This document shows positions 39,001 through 47,182 of a stretch of 64,000 bases of DNA, piece after piece (position 1 is the stretch's first letter; the number at the start of each line of letters is the position of its first letter). The stretch lies in the IMG/VR virus record IMGVR_UViG_3300043395_004688. The stretch is one strand, 5' to 3'. A program made the position numbers and the translations under genes. The notes beneath the pieces were generated by a model. The model had not been told where the DNA came from and searched no databases. It saw only the letters and a program-made list of their open reading frames with translations. The stretch is from a virus. Its lineage: Duplodnaviria; Caudoviricetes.

Positions 39001-39480
39001 GATGCAAGTGGCAACTTTAGTGCTGGTACAATTACAGCTACATTGTCAGGTACAGCAACAGGCCTAGCTGGTACACCAAACATCACAGTTGGTACAATTA
39101 CATCTGGTGCTATTGCAGCAACTGGTAGTATCACAGCAACTGGTGAAATTACAGCTTACTTCTCCGACGAAAGATTGAAGACAGACATCAATCCTATCGA
39201 AGGTGCTCTTGACAAAGTTATGGCAATTGGTGGTTACACCTATAAGGCCAATGACCTAGCTCATGAGTTGGGAGTCGAGCGTTATGACAACCAAATTGGT
39301 TTACTTGCTCAAGAAGTTGAAGCAGTAATGCCAGAATTGGTAACCGAGTCAGGATTGGCTGGTTATAAGACCATTCGTTACGACAAGGTAGTATCAGTGC
39401 TAGTTCAAGCGATCAAAGAACAACAAGCAATGATCGAAGAACTTCGCCAAGAGGTGAAGAGCAGCAGAACTTTACACTAA
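36013..39480 (+). CDS. Tail fibre with Mtd-N-like N-terminus and C-terminal intramolecular chaperone (peptidase S74)
   Basis: MANTIILKRSATPGKVPTTAQLALGEIAINTYDG; YFSDERLK...IGLLAQEVEAVMPELV...YDKVVSVLVQAIKE; three TVTNTMLAGSIANAKLANS repeats; TAAATA at 35948. Confidence 0.88.
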   Translation: MANTIILKRSATPGKVPTTAQLALGEIAINTYDGLIYIKKDNGTPSVVQIGGVTSVNGETGAVTITSDDVSDSGQTNKWASASVVRGHLSAGTGISYNSGTGVISTAQNLSTAGSPTFAGMTLTGGISSIAGSIIPSTDVTYDLGSPTKQWKDIYVGPGSLYVNGQKVLQDDSGTITFTADTDENIRIKTLGTGVLQLGSSTTTLQVDSTLQMTSGKRITDSAGVAVQFGDSINMNGDKIISLGAPSASTDAATKGYVDTTVAAISTSSISQGNSNVTVTDTGTGTVTVSVDGSTALTVDANGVTVAGNFTVSGTQTVVNSNTINLADNIITLNSDHTGAPSQNAGILIERGDEADTQLRWNEGSDIWQFTNDGATYYPMATSTDVLAEGSTNLYHTTARARGALSATTASGVSYNSTTGVISLGSIPNSSLSNNSITINGTSTALGGTRTLGTDDVAEGSTNLYFSNARARGAVSFTAGSGAYNSTTGVFTIPTNTNQLTNGASFITLSSLSAGTGISYNSSTGAISTSAIPNASLSNSSITVNSASTSLGGSVTLFAGTTTLQTSSANQALTGISSVTLPGSTSGSVQVIPAAAAGTGTVLTLPATTGTVVTTGDSGTVTNTMLAGSIANAKLANSSVTVGTTAIALGASSTTLAGLTSVTSTGFTGALTGNASTASAWANARTITLGGDLSGSVSIDGSANVTLTATVAANSVALGTDTTGNYMVDLTAGTGISITHTPGEGSTATITNSGVTSVNGSTGAITSVAKTTDTLYVGTTAVGLARASANQALTGISSVAMPGSTSGTLTLQPAAAAGTTTITLPATTGTVITSGDTGTVTNTMLAGSIANAKLANSSVTVGTTAISLGSSSTTLAGLASTTFSGSTSGTIQLIPAAVAGTGTVLTMPATTGTVVTTGDTGTVTNTMLAGSIANAKLANSAITINGTSTALGGSISVGTVTSVAAGSYLTGGTITGTGTLAVDATNLNTASKVVARDASGNFSAGTITATLSGTATGLAGTPNITVGTITSGAIAATGSITATGEITAYFSDERLKTDINPIEGALDKVMAIGGYTYKANDLAHELGVERYDNQIGLLAQEVEAVMPELVTESGLAGYKTIRYDKVVSVLVQAIKEQQAMIEELRQEVKSSRTLH

Positions 39481-39508
39481 GATCTGGACACTAAAAGGAG
39501 ACTAAATT

Positions 39509-39703
39509 ATGGCAATCCTTCCAGCAACCGGATCAGCAAAAAGCTTTGGCCGAGTTAAAAAAGCCTACAGCAATATTGCTGCTGGCGCAGGACAAAATAT
39601 TGCTCTGCGTGGTACACTTGGTGCTTATCTTGGAGTCACTACAGGTTCTGTTAGTTTAAGCTCATTATTTGGTGGTCGTACTACACCATATAACGATGTT
39701 TAA
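39509..39703 (+). CDS. Small Gly/Ser-rich protein downstream of the S74 fibre (possible fibre-tip protein)
   Basis: MAILPATGSAKSFG...SVSLSSLFGG; SD AAGGAG. Confidence 0.6.
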   Translation: MAILPATGSAKSFGRVKKAYSNIAAGAGQNIALRGTLGAYLGVTTGSVSLSSLFGGRTTPYNDV

Positions 39704-39720
39704 TTAAAGTGCAAATTGGA

Positions 39721-39748
39721 AAAGGGGGCAATGCCCCCTTTTCTTTTG
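39721..39748 (+). terminator. Intrinsic terminator
   Basis: AAAGGGGGCA-A-TGCCCCCTTTTCTTTT. Confidence 0.8.
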
Positions 39749-39802
39749 GTTATCTCTGAAGCATTATAATTGATACATATAGGACAACAGGAGGTAATTA
39801 CG

Positions 39803-40339
39803 GTGCCACTTCAACAAAATGAAATTTTACACAATGCAAGAACGGTGCTAAAACAAGTTCCGTACCGCACAAATTTTGAACGCGAAAATTTTTTGTTTTC
39901 AAATCAATCAGGTCCTAGATTTTTAGTTGCTTTATGCAGAGACATTGAGTTTTTAAATGCAGAATATGCCAAGTCAGTTGCTGATTGGCAAAGAGATGCA
40001 ATCCTTGCAGAAATGAATATAATTGCTGCCAAAATTGCAGAAGTGCAAGAAAGTATCGGCGGAAACATTGCCAATGCTATTGAGGAAGCCGAAGCTGAAT
40101 ACTGGGTAGAAGAACTTTCTAGAAGAGCAGCAATAGAAGCATTGGTACAAAAGACCACTGCTGAAAATATGGCTCAATTGCTTAAACTTCCTGCAGAGCA
40201 TTACGAAGAAGCTATTACCAAGTGTCAGCATTTCTTAAATGTAATTGGTAAAGTTACCCGACACGCCGAAAGAAAAGCAAATCTTGCAAATGTTCCAACA
40301 TCAGCAATGACCGAACCCAACAATACTGACGCCGATTAA
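39803..40339 (+). CDS. Helical hypothetical protein (possible fibre assembly helper)
   Basis: SD AGGAGG 39789-39794 favours GTG 39803; AEAEYWVEELSRRAAIE motif. Confidence 0.6.
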   Translation: MPLQQNEILHNARTVLKQVPYRTNFERENFLFSNQSGPRFLVALCRDIEFLNAEYAKSVADWQRDAILAEMNIIAAKIAEVQESIGGNIANAIEEAEAEYWVEELSRRAAIEALVQKTTAENMAQLLKLPAEHYEEAITKCQHFLNVIGKVTRHAERKANLANVPTSAMTEPNNTDAD

Positions 40340-41004
40340 TGTTTGGAAAATCTTCTAAGAATTTATTTGACATTTACAATGCTCCTTTAAAGTTAAGTGA
40401 GCAGGTAGTGATATGTGTGCCAACCAATGGATTGGTACACGCTACCTTTACATATTGTTTGGTCAATGCTATTCGCTATACCGAAGCACAAGGTATACCA
40501 GTTATACTTGACATGGATGCAGGTACTGTATTAAGCAACCAACGCCAAGTATTGTTGGATACTGCTATTGATCTACATCAGGCTGATCACATCATGTGGT
40601 TTGACAGCGACATGACTTTCCCGGAAGATACTATAGTTAGACTGCTGGAACATAAAAAGGATGTAGTGTGTGCAACCTACTCTAAGAGAGTAGAACCATT
40701 TCATCCAACGGCATTTTATAACATAGATCCAGTGGAACCTGTAGATGTCACTGGTCACGGGCTTGTCCAAGTAAATTACACCGGTATGGGTTGTGTGCTA
40801 CATCGAGCATCCGTCATTGATCACATACCCAGTCCGCACTTTCCGCTAATATGGCATCCACCTACATCAACTTGGCAAGGCGAAGACATGGGCTTTTGTC
40901 AAGCTTTGACTAGCAATGGATTTGAAATTTGGTGCGACCTTGACCTCAGCCGGGTCATTGGTCATTTAGGTGTACAAGAGTTTTATGTGAATCAGGCAAG
41001 CTGA
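40339..41004 (+). CDS. GT-A fold glycosyltransferase (GT2-like)
   Basis: VICVPT, RQVL...ADHIMWFDSDM (DxD), TGMGCVL, GEDMGFC, IGHLG. Confidence 0.8.
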   Translation: MFGKSSKNLFDIYNAPLKLSEQVVICVPTNGLVHATFTYCLVNAIRYTEAQGIPVILDMDAGTVLSNQRQVLLDTAIDLHQADHIMWFDSDMTFPEDTIVRLLEHKKDVVCATYSKRVEPFHPTAFYNIDPVEPVDVTGHGLVQVNYTGMGCVLHRASVIDHIPSPHFPLIWHPPTSTWQGEDMGFCQALTSNGFEIWCDLDLSRVIGHLGVQEFYVNQAS

Positions 41005-41377
41005 CAAAAAACGCACACCATCGGTTGATTTTTTTTAAGTTTACGCTAGCTGATATATGGTACTCAGGATAAGCTGGGTCATTAATAATTGTTCTAAACA
41101 TTGCCCCATCAAGTACAGTACTTTTTACCAATGATTTTTTTAATTCTATGTCACCAGTGATGCTATGTATCAAAGGGTGGTCCCAATGTGAATCTAAGAT
41201 CATTTTTCTTAGTTCTAGATACCATCGTTCTGTATAGCAAACTGATTCTTTATAAAGTTTGTTTAACCACGGATTATTCAGCCACGGTCTCCAGCAGTGA
41301 TAAAATTCCAGTTGCCGATGTGGCCCGTTATAGCTAATTGGTAGTTGGCGTTCGGGCTTAACTAACCTTATCATCAC
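40955..41377 (-). CDS. Hypothetical protein
   Basis: 140-aa ORF co-oriented with and overlapping the Nudix gene. Confidence 0.6.
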   Translation of the reverse strand: MMIRLVKPERQLPISYNGPHRQLEFYHCWRPWLNNPWLNKLYKESVCYTERWYLELRKMILDSHWDHPLIHSITGDIELKKSLVKSTVLDGAMFRTIINDPAYPEYHISASVNLKKINRWCAFFVSLPDSHKTLVHLNDQ

Positions 41378-41789
41378 ACAACAACCCTTCTAGTGCATTT
41401 TTAAAACCGCGACTACTAAACATTTTAGCTGTGTTTCGATGCAACGGTTGTGGCCAGCGCCATAAGTCAACCCAACAATACCCTGAACTTTCGTGGTCTA
41501 GTGTTGGAACAAATTCATCTTTACATAAGATTAGATAGCTTACATGTCTAAATCTATTATCTCTGCTGACAAAAGTGTAAACATGACTCATGGCCACGGT
41601 GTCCGGAACTCCAGGGTAACCAAGTTCTTCACAAAGTTCTCGTTTGAGACCATTGAGATCGCCTTCGTTAGAATTGAGTTTTCCACCCCATAGTCCCCAA
41701 GATAGTCCATATGACTCTTCAGGGCTTCTTAGTTGCATTAGTACTCGTCGAGTACTTTGACTGATAATTAATGCTCCAACTGCTCTCAT
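41358..41789 (-). CDS. Nudix hydrolase
   Basis: Nudix box WGGKLNSNEGDLNGLKRELCEELG. Confidence 0.9.
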   Translation of the reverse strand: MRAVGALIISQSTRRVLMQLRSPEESYGLSWGLWGGKLNSNEGDLNGLKRELCEELGYPGVPDTVAMSHVYTFVSRDNRFRHVSYLILCKDEFVPTLDHESSGYCWVDLWRWPQPLHRNTAKMFSSRGFKNALEGLLCDDKVS

Positions 41790-41799
41790 AGTCTAATAG

Positions 41800-43140
41800 T
41801 TAGTTCACAATTCTCCAGTAGCCGTGATCAAAAATGCCTTCAACAGCAACTGACCAGTCATTGCCATCAAAGAATAATTTTTTCATGGTATTGGCATTCA
41901 CAGTATATGCTGTACCATTCACTGCACTGGCATCAAAGCTTACTACCCAATTTGAACCATTGTATTCAATGATGTCATTGGCCTCTGCAACCACAGTACC
42001 CCAGAATCCGTTTTGTGGAACGCTGTCAATTATCAAATATCTCTGCCCACTGGCAACTGGCGGAATAGTGCCATCGCCGGGCTTTCCTCGAGTAGGATCA
42101 ATAACACCGTTGATCATGCCAATAGTATTGGTTGGTAAAGTGGAATTGTCCATTTCGTAACTTAGTATATTGGGATTTCCACCGACCTGACTTACTTTAA
42201 GAATAACCTCTTGCGGATCATCAATGCTGCCCAGTTTAAGTCTAATTTCAGTGATACCATCATTGATACCGCCATAGTTGTCAAAGTGCAATTTCCAACT
42301 TAAATTCTCACCAGTCTCTGGATCAACAATAGTGTTGTCTTTGTTTAACAACTGTACATACTCACCGGTAACACGAATGTGCCTGTCTTTGAATGTAATC
42401 CATTGACGACTTTGAAAATTGCTGTTGATGATAATGTCGTCGATAAAGCCAAAGTCAGCACCAACATTGTTTAGAATACTGTGAATGAGAACTTGTCTCT
42501 TGACCTTTGCGGGAGGTGTAAGGAAGATAGGCAACTGAAAGATTAAACTAGCAACATCAATGATGTCGTCGGTGCCTTGAGGGATTGCCCTGGCCGTCCA
42601 TGTGATGTTAATTAACTCAACCACTGCCAAGCTAGTCCAGTCGTAAGGATTTTGGCTGCTTTGCAAGTTAACGCTGGGATTAAACAGCAACAAGATTTGT
42701 TCAAGCAGTTGAAGTTTTTGTTCCGTATTACTAGTCCATATGTCAACATTGATTGTTAAGTCATACGGAATAGGAGAATGTCTATCAAGCGAATATGTCT
42801 CGCCAACCTTATCTTGGTAGGTACCAGTGGCGTCATCATAAAGCTTTTCGTATATCTGAACCGTTTCTTGATAAGTCGGAGTCATTCTTCTTTCAGCATT
42901 AGGCAACAGTTCAGCAATGTAACAACTAATAGCCGGCACGCTTAGAATAGTGTTTTCACTGTTTTTGCGTAGAATGTGCTGACTCATGCGAGTTGTATCA
43001 CCGTAACGCACTGGTACTTGATGATAATGGTCGGCACCAGTGCCGTCTTTGCCCATCTTTACAGAAAAGCCACTGAACAAGCGCATAAACTGTAAGAGCC
43101 AGCGTCTAATTTGTTGATCATAAAAATATTGTTGACTCAT
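41800..43140 (-). CDS. gp15: Tail completion/sheath stabiliser (T4 gp15-like) with C-terminal extension
   Basis: YFYDQQIRRWLLQF...VPVRYGD...PIPYDLTINVDIWT...QLLEQILLLFNPS. Confidence 0.8.
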   Translation of the reverse strand: MSQQYFYDQQIRRWLLQFMRLFSGFSVKMGKDGTGADHYHQVPVRYGDTTRMSQHILRKNSENTILSVPAISCYIAELLPNAERRMTPTYQETVQIYEKLYDDATGTYQDKVGETYSLDRHSPIPYDLTINVDIWTSNTEQKLQLLEQILLLFNPSVNLQSSQNPYDWTSLAVVELINITWTARAIPQGTDDIIDVASLIFQLPIFLTPPAKVKRQVLIHSILNNVGADFGFIDDIIINSNFQSRQWITFKDRHIRVTGEYVQLLNKDNTIVDPETGENLSWKLHFDNYGGINDGITEIRLKLGSIDDPQEVILKVSQVGGNPNILSYEMDNSTLPTNTIGMINGVIDPTRGKPGDGTIPPVASGQRYLIIDSVPQNGFWGTVVAEANDIIEYNGSNWVVSFDASAVNGTAYTVNANTMKKLFFDGNDWSVAVEGIFDHGYWRIVN

Positions 43141-44258
43141 TAGTTGTCTGCCTTGGGTTTTGGTTTAGTAAATACTTGACTCAATGGTTGACTGCTTGGT
43201 ACTGAAGATATATCTGTTCCAAATCCGTTGGCAGTTGTGCCGGCCGGATTTTGAATAAAGCTACCAGCATTAACAGTATTAGCTCGCCAGTCGGTAATTT
43301 CAACATCAAGAACTCTGTGCCATCTTGATCCTCGATAAGCAAACAGTCGATTAGGAGTAAAGTCAACACGAATAAACAAATCACCTTGATTGGGTTGACT
43401 AGGAAATGTTAACCCAGTTGGCACATCAGTGGTATCGCCGCGAGCTGCTGCCAATTCTCTAGTCATTACAGTATTGTCACTAATACCACCTGTTCGCATC
43501 ACATTGATAGCAGGAGTGTAAGTGGGCTCGTCGGGAGAATTGTTTGGATATCCTGCAGGATATCCTACACCTGGCGTAAACGACTCTGCACTTGCAAGTA
43601 TGGCTTTGTCAATTTTAATTTCAGTTTGATAAGTGCTTAGAGCATTCTTTAAGCTATCAGCATCCTCAGGATCGCCTAGTATGCTACGATACTCTTGTGC
43701 ATCATTAATTGGTGATACCTTAACACGCCACAAGTGTGGCCACCATGTTGGGCCAAAACCTTCTGCGGCGCGGCTTGCATCTTGCACAGCATAAAATTTG
43801 TTAATGCTTTTTGCAGTAGCATCTAGCAATAAGTCGTCGTTTAGGTGAGGAACTTCAACAACATCCCCTGCCATAAGTTTACGGCCCAAACGCTCTACCA
43901 TTTCATTGGTATGAAAGGTAATAAACAAAGTATCAGCATTTAAAAACAAACCAAATTGGCTTAGATCAAAATCCTGATCAGTTACATTGTAGGTGCCGCG
44001 CAATTCGTAAATAGTTGTGTCGTATACGCGGTCACGATTTTCCATAAACAACAGGTCCTGCATGTCTAGCTCGCTAATTTGGTCCTGCTCAGATAATTTT
44101 GGTCTTGCAGGATCACTACCATCTTCTGTAGCGGCAGGCCCAAGATACTTATGGATCAAAAAGGAAGTTCCGCCCGCACCAACGGCTTCACGGATCACAC
44201 GATCCTGATAAAAATAGTCTTTGGTTTTAGCGTTTTTCCACAGTGATAATTTTGGCAT
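43140..44258 (-). CDS. gp14: Neck protein (T4 gp14-like)
   Basis: QDLLFMENRDRVY...LSQFGLFL...ITFH...LGRKLMAGDVVEVP; TAAATA at 44275-44280 (-). Confidence 0.8.
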   Translation of the reverse strand: MPKLSLWKNAKTKDYFYQDRVIREAVGAGGTSFLIHKYLGPAATEDGSDPARPKLSEQDQISELDMQDLLFMENRDRVYDTTIYELRGTYNVTDQDFDLSQFGLFLNADTLFITFHTNEMVERLGRKLMAGDVVEVPHLNDDLLLDATAKSINKFYAVQDASRAAEGFGPTWWPHLWRVKVSPINDAQEYRSILGDPEDADSLKNALSTYQTEIKIDKAILASAESFTPGVGYPAGYPNNSPDEPTYTPAINVMRTGGISDNTVMTRELAAARGDTTDVPTGLTFPSQPNQGDLFIRVDFTPNRLFAYRGSRWHRVLDVEITDWRANTVNAGSFIQNPAGTTANGFGTDISSVPSSQPLSQVFTKPKPKADN

Positions 44259-44294
44259 ATTTGATCCTCAAGCTTATTTACCGTATCCTTTTGC

Positions 44295-44323
44295 TTGACA
44301 GCAAGTGTGAGAGAAGCTATAAT
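44295..44323 (+). promoter_or_regulatory. Consensus sigma70 (early) promoter
   Basis: TTGACA(44295-44300)-17 nt-TATAAT(44318-44323). Confidence 0.92.
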
Positions 44324-44357
44324 AGTCATATTGGATACATACTCTTAGGAGAGAACC

Positions 44358-45608
44358 ATGGCACTAGCAACTAAATCCGCACCTGTTAAGAGGGCCAAAA
44401 AGCCCATTGCCCGCAGTACTAGAACTGCGCCTGCTACCAAATACATGGCAGACGGCAAAACCAAGCTTCGGGCAATTAAAAGCATTGATGTAAAATACCT
44501 AGGAGATGAACCTTCTTGGGAGAACCAAGAGTCTTGGACTACAGAAGAGCTGAACTCGCGCTTGGGGCGAGCATTCAACTGGTACAATTACAATTGTGAT
44601 GGCAAAGATGCTCGTGAGTTCTTTGAGGATTGGTGCGCTATAACCCCGGGCTATGAGGAGTATCCAAAAAAGTTTAAACCATTGGCAGATTGGCACCTTG
44701 GCTCTACACTGGGCTTCCGTTGCAGGATGTTTATGGCCGGACTTAAGGTAAAAGATCCGGAAAAAGACCTGGCATTTATTAATAAACGCATTGCAGAGTG
44801 CGAAGAAATGCTGACAAAGCAAAAGCCTGCAAAAGCAGAGCCGTCGGCTACTGAAGTAGAAACAAAGAAAGAAACCATTCAGGACCGCCTGCGTGAAAAG
44901 TTTAGTGAAGTAGTAGGCGAAATTGAAGGAGCCATTGACGAATACTTTGACAGCAAGAAGGAGTTTGACACTTACAAATTCTTGCAAGCGTCGGGCCTAC
45001 CGGCACAATTTGCCGCAAAGATTCCAGAAATATATCAGCGTCATATTGCTGAACTGGAAGAATACCTCGAAGGTAAGTGCCCGCAATTGCTTGAAGGTTA
45101 CAAGCACCTTGGCAAGCGAGGTGCCAAGGATGCAATCAAATTTTACCAAAGCATCATTGACGGAGCCAATGCATACAAGACTGCAAAAATTGCAACCCGT
45201 GCCAAGCCTAAGCGCAAGCCAGTGTCACCTGAAAAGCTGGTTAGAAATCTAAAGTATCTCAAAGAGTTCCCTGAGCTCAAGCTTAACAGTATTGATCCGC
45301 GAGACATTATTGGCTGCACTGAGCTCTGGGTCTATAACACTAAGACTCGCAAGCTAGGCAGATTCCATGCCAATACACATGGTGATATGGTAATCACTAG
45401 CTTGGGCGTTAAAGGTAGTGCTATTACTGGCTTTAGCGAAACGCTGAGTGTTTGCAAAACTCTACGCAAGCCACAGGAAGTACTAGATAGGTTTAAAGTG
45501 TCCGGAAAGCCACAACTACGCAAGTTTATGGACCCTATCAAGAGCGTAGAAACCAAGCTAAAAGCCCGCATTAGTCCAGAAACTATCTTGCTCCGCGTTA
45601 TCAAGTAA
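44358..45608 (+). CDS. Conserved hypothetical T4-like phage protein (early)
   Basis: 416 aa, Lys-rich; C-terminal IIGCTELWVYNTKTRKL...KTLRKP domain; perfect sigma70 promoter and SD AGGAG. Confidence 0.7.
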   Translation: MALATKSAPVKRAKKPIARSTRTAPATKYMADGKTKLRAIKSIDVKYLGDEPSWENQESWTTEELNSRLGRAFNWYNYNCDGKDAREFFEDWCAITPGYEEYPKKFKPLADWHLGSTLGFRCRMFMAGLKVKDPEKDLAFINKRIAECEEMLTKQKPAKAEPSATEVETKKETIQDRLREKFSEVVGEIEGAIDEYFDSKKEFDTYKFLQASGLPAQFAAKIPEIYQRHIAELEEYLEGKCPQLLEGYKHLGKRGAKDAIKFYQSIIDGANAYKTAKIATRAKPKRKPVSPEKLVRNLKYLKEFPELKLNSIDPRDIIGCTELWVYNTKTRKLGRFHANTHGDMVITSLGVKGSAITGFSETLSVCKTLRKPQEVLDRFKVSGKPQLRKFMDPIKSVETKLKARISPETILLRVIK

Positions 45609-45618
45609 GTTTTGCCAA

Positions 45619-45649
45619 GGTGTCTCCGGTAAATACTATCGGAGACACC
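45619..45649 (+). promoter_or_regulatory. RBS-occluding hairpin with late promoter in its loop (gp13)
   Basis: GGTGTCTCCG-GTAAATACTAT-CGGAGACACC; perfect 10-bp stem; SD GGAG 45641-45644 in the 3' arm; ATG 45652. Confidence 0.8.
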
Positions 45650-45651
45650 AC

Positions 45652-46407
45652 ATGGCAGATACTACTCAAAGAAACAAAGCTCAAAAGTTCATTGAACTAA
45701 GCCTCGGCGGAGGCATGGTAGATGTTGAACTTGATAAAGAGCACTATGATATGGCTATTGATAAAGCCGTGTCTAAATACCGCCAGCGCAGTAGTCGCGC
45801 AGTTGAAGAAAGTTTTATGGTTCTAACTCTAGAGCCTGAAGTCAATGAATATGTGCTTCCTGACGAAGTAATTGAAGTCAGAAATGTCTATAGACAAAAC
45901 AGCGGTGGCGTGAGCTCAGGTGGGTCTGGTGCCACTGGTTTTGATCCTTTTGAAGCTGGCTATTTGAACATGTATTTGTTGAGCTATGCTAAAGCAGGAC
46001 GAGCAACAACATTTGAATTATACATGGGACATCGAGAACTTTTGGCCACAATGTTTGGTGCCTATGTAACTTATAATTTTTCAAATACTTCAAAAAGATT
46101 GTCGTTGCACAGACGATTTAATTCTGAAGAGCAAATAATTATTCACACCTACAATTATAGACCTGATGAAGAGTTGTTAGCAGACACCAGCTCTGCGCCA
46201 TGGATCAAAGACTATGCACTAGCACACGCTAAAATGATGCTAGGACAAGCTCGAAGCAAGTTTGCTCAACTAGCGGGTCCTCAGGGTGGTGTACAGCTCA
46301 ATGGAGCCGACTTGATCACACAAGCACAGGCCGAATTAGAAAAGCTTGAAGAAGATCTTAAGACTTACGCCGAAGGCGGAACACCTCTAGGCTTTATATT
46401 TGGATAA
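45652..46407 (+). CDS. gp13: Neck protein (T4 gp13-like)
   Basis: VDVELDKEHYDMAI...WIKDYALAHAKMMLGQARSKF...LAGPQGGVQLNG. Confidence 0.88.
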   Translation: MADTTQRNKAQKFIELSLGGGMVDVELDKEHYDMAIDKAVSKYRQRSSRAVEESFMVLTLEPEVNEYVLPDEVIEVRNVYRQNSGGVSSGGSGATGFDPFEAGYLNMYLLSYAKAGRATTFELYMGHRELLATMFGAYVTYNFSNTSKRLSLHRRFNSEEQIIIHTYNYRPDEELLADTSSAPWIKDYALAHAKMMLGQARSKFAQLAGPQGGVQLNGADLITQAQAELEKLEEDLKTYAEGGTPLGFIFG

Positions 46408-46415
46408 TTGGTAAC

Positions 46416-46445
46416 TTGACATTATGTTGGCTTTTTTGCTAATAT
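46416..46445 (+). promoter_or_regulatory. Sigma70-type promoter for dNMP kinase
   Basis: TTGACA(46416-21)-18 nt-TAATAT(46440-45) with extended TG; predicted start site about at the ATG. Confidence 0.6.
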
Positions 46446-46450
46446 AGTGC

Positions 46451-47074
46451 ATGACAAAACAAATTATTGGCGTATGCGGTTTTATTGGATCTGGCAAAGA
46501 TACAGCCGCAGATTATCTTGTAAACTTTCACGAGTTCCGACGCGATTCGTTTGCATCCACTCTTAAAGATGCTGTAGCCGCAGTATTTGGTTGGGACAGA
46601 GAACTCCTGGAAGGGCGAACCAAAGAAGCCCGATCATGGCGAGAGCAAGTAGATCCGTGGTGGGCTAAAAAGCTTGACATGCCAGAACTGACTCCTCGTT
46701 GGGTCCTACAATACTGGGGCACAGAAGTATGTCGCAAAGGCTTTCATGATGACATCTGGATTGCCAGCTTAGAAGCTCGATTGCGTAGCAGCAAAGACAA
46801 CATTGTTATCAGTGACTGTCGGTTTCCAAATGAAATCAAAGCCATCAAAGAAGCAGGTGGGCAGGTGATTTGGGTACAGCGAGGTCAACTACCTAGTTGG
46901 CATATTATGGCAGCTAATGCCAACAAGGGTGATGCAGTTGCAGCCGCTAAGTTAAAACAGCTGGGTATCCATGCCAGCGAAACAGCCTGGGTTGGCACAA
47001 AGTTTGATCATGTGATTGATAACAATGGCAGCATTGATCAGCTATATTTGCAGTTGAAAACGGTTGTCCAGTAA
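46451..47074 (+). CDS. Deoxynucleoside monophosphate kinase
   Basis: IIGVCGFIGSGKDT P-loop; TPRWVLQYWGTEVCR; ISDCRFPNE. Confidence 0.93.
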   Translation: MTKQIIGVCGFIGSGKDTAADYLVNFHEFRRDSFASTLKDAVAAVFGWDRELLEGRTKEARSWREQVDPWWAKKLDMPELTPRWVLQYWGTEVCRKGFHDDIWIASLEARLRSSKDNIVISDCRFPNEIKAIKEAGGQVIWVQRGQLPSWHIMAANANKGDAVAAAKLKQLGIHASETAWVGTKFDHVIDNNGSIDQLYLQLKTVVQ

Positions 47075-47126
47075 AAAGCAAATCTAACATATTTCAATAA
47101 ATAGGTCCTCTTTTACCGTAATCTGC

Positions 47127-47181
47127 TAAATATCTTCAAGAAGGGTACGAAAATCCCTTAGAATGAATACGGAGATATTTA
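47127..47181 (+). promoter_or_regulatory. Late promoter plus RBS-pairing inverted repeat upstream of sheath
   Basis: TAAATATCT(47127-35) is complementary to AGATATTTA(47173-81); SD GGAG 47171-74; inner hairpin AAGGG/CCCTT. Confidence 0.6.
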
Positions 47182-47182
47182 T

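Noticed and set aside
12700-41789. NAD-reconstitution (NARP) or NadM-Nudix pathway from the HIGH transferase and the Nudix gene
   Set aside because: The genes are 28 kb apart in different operons, and no PRPP-synthetase-like or Nampt partner is visible. Substrates are unknown.
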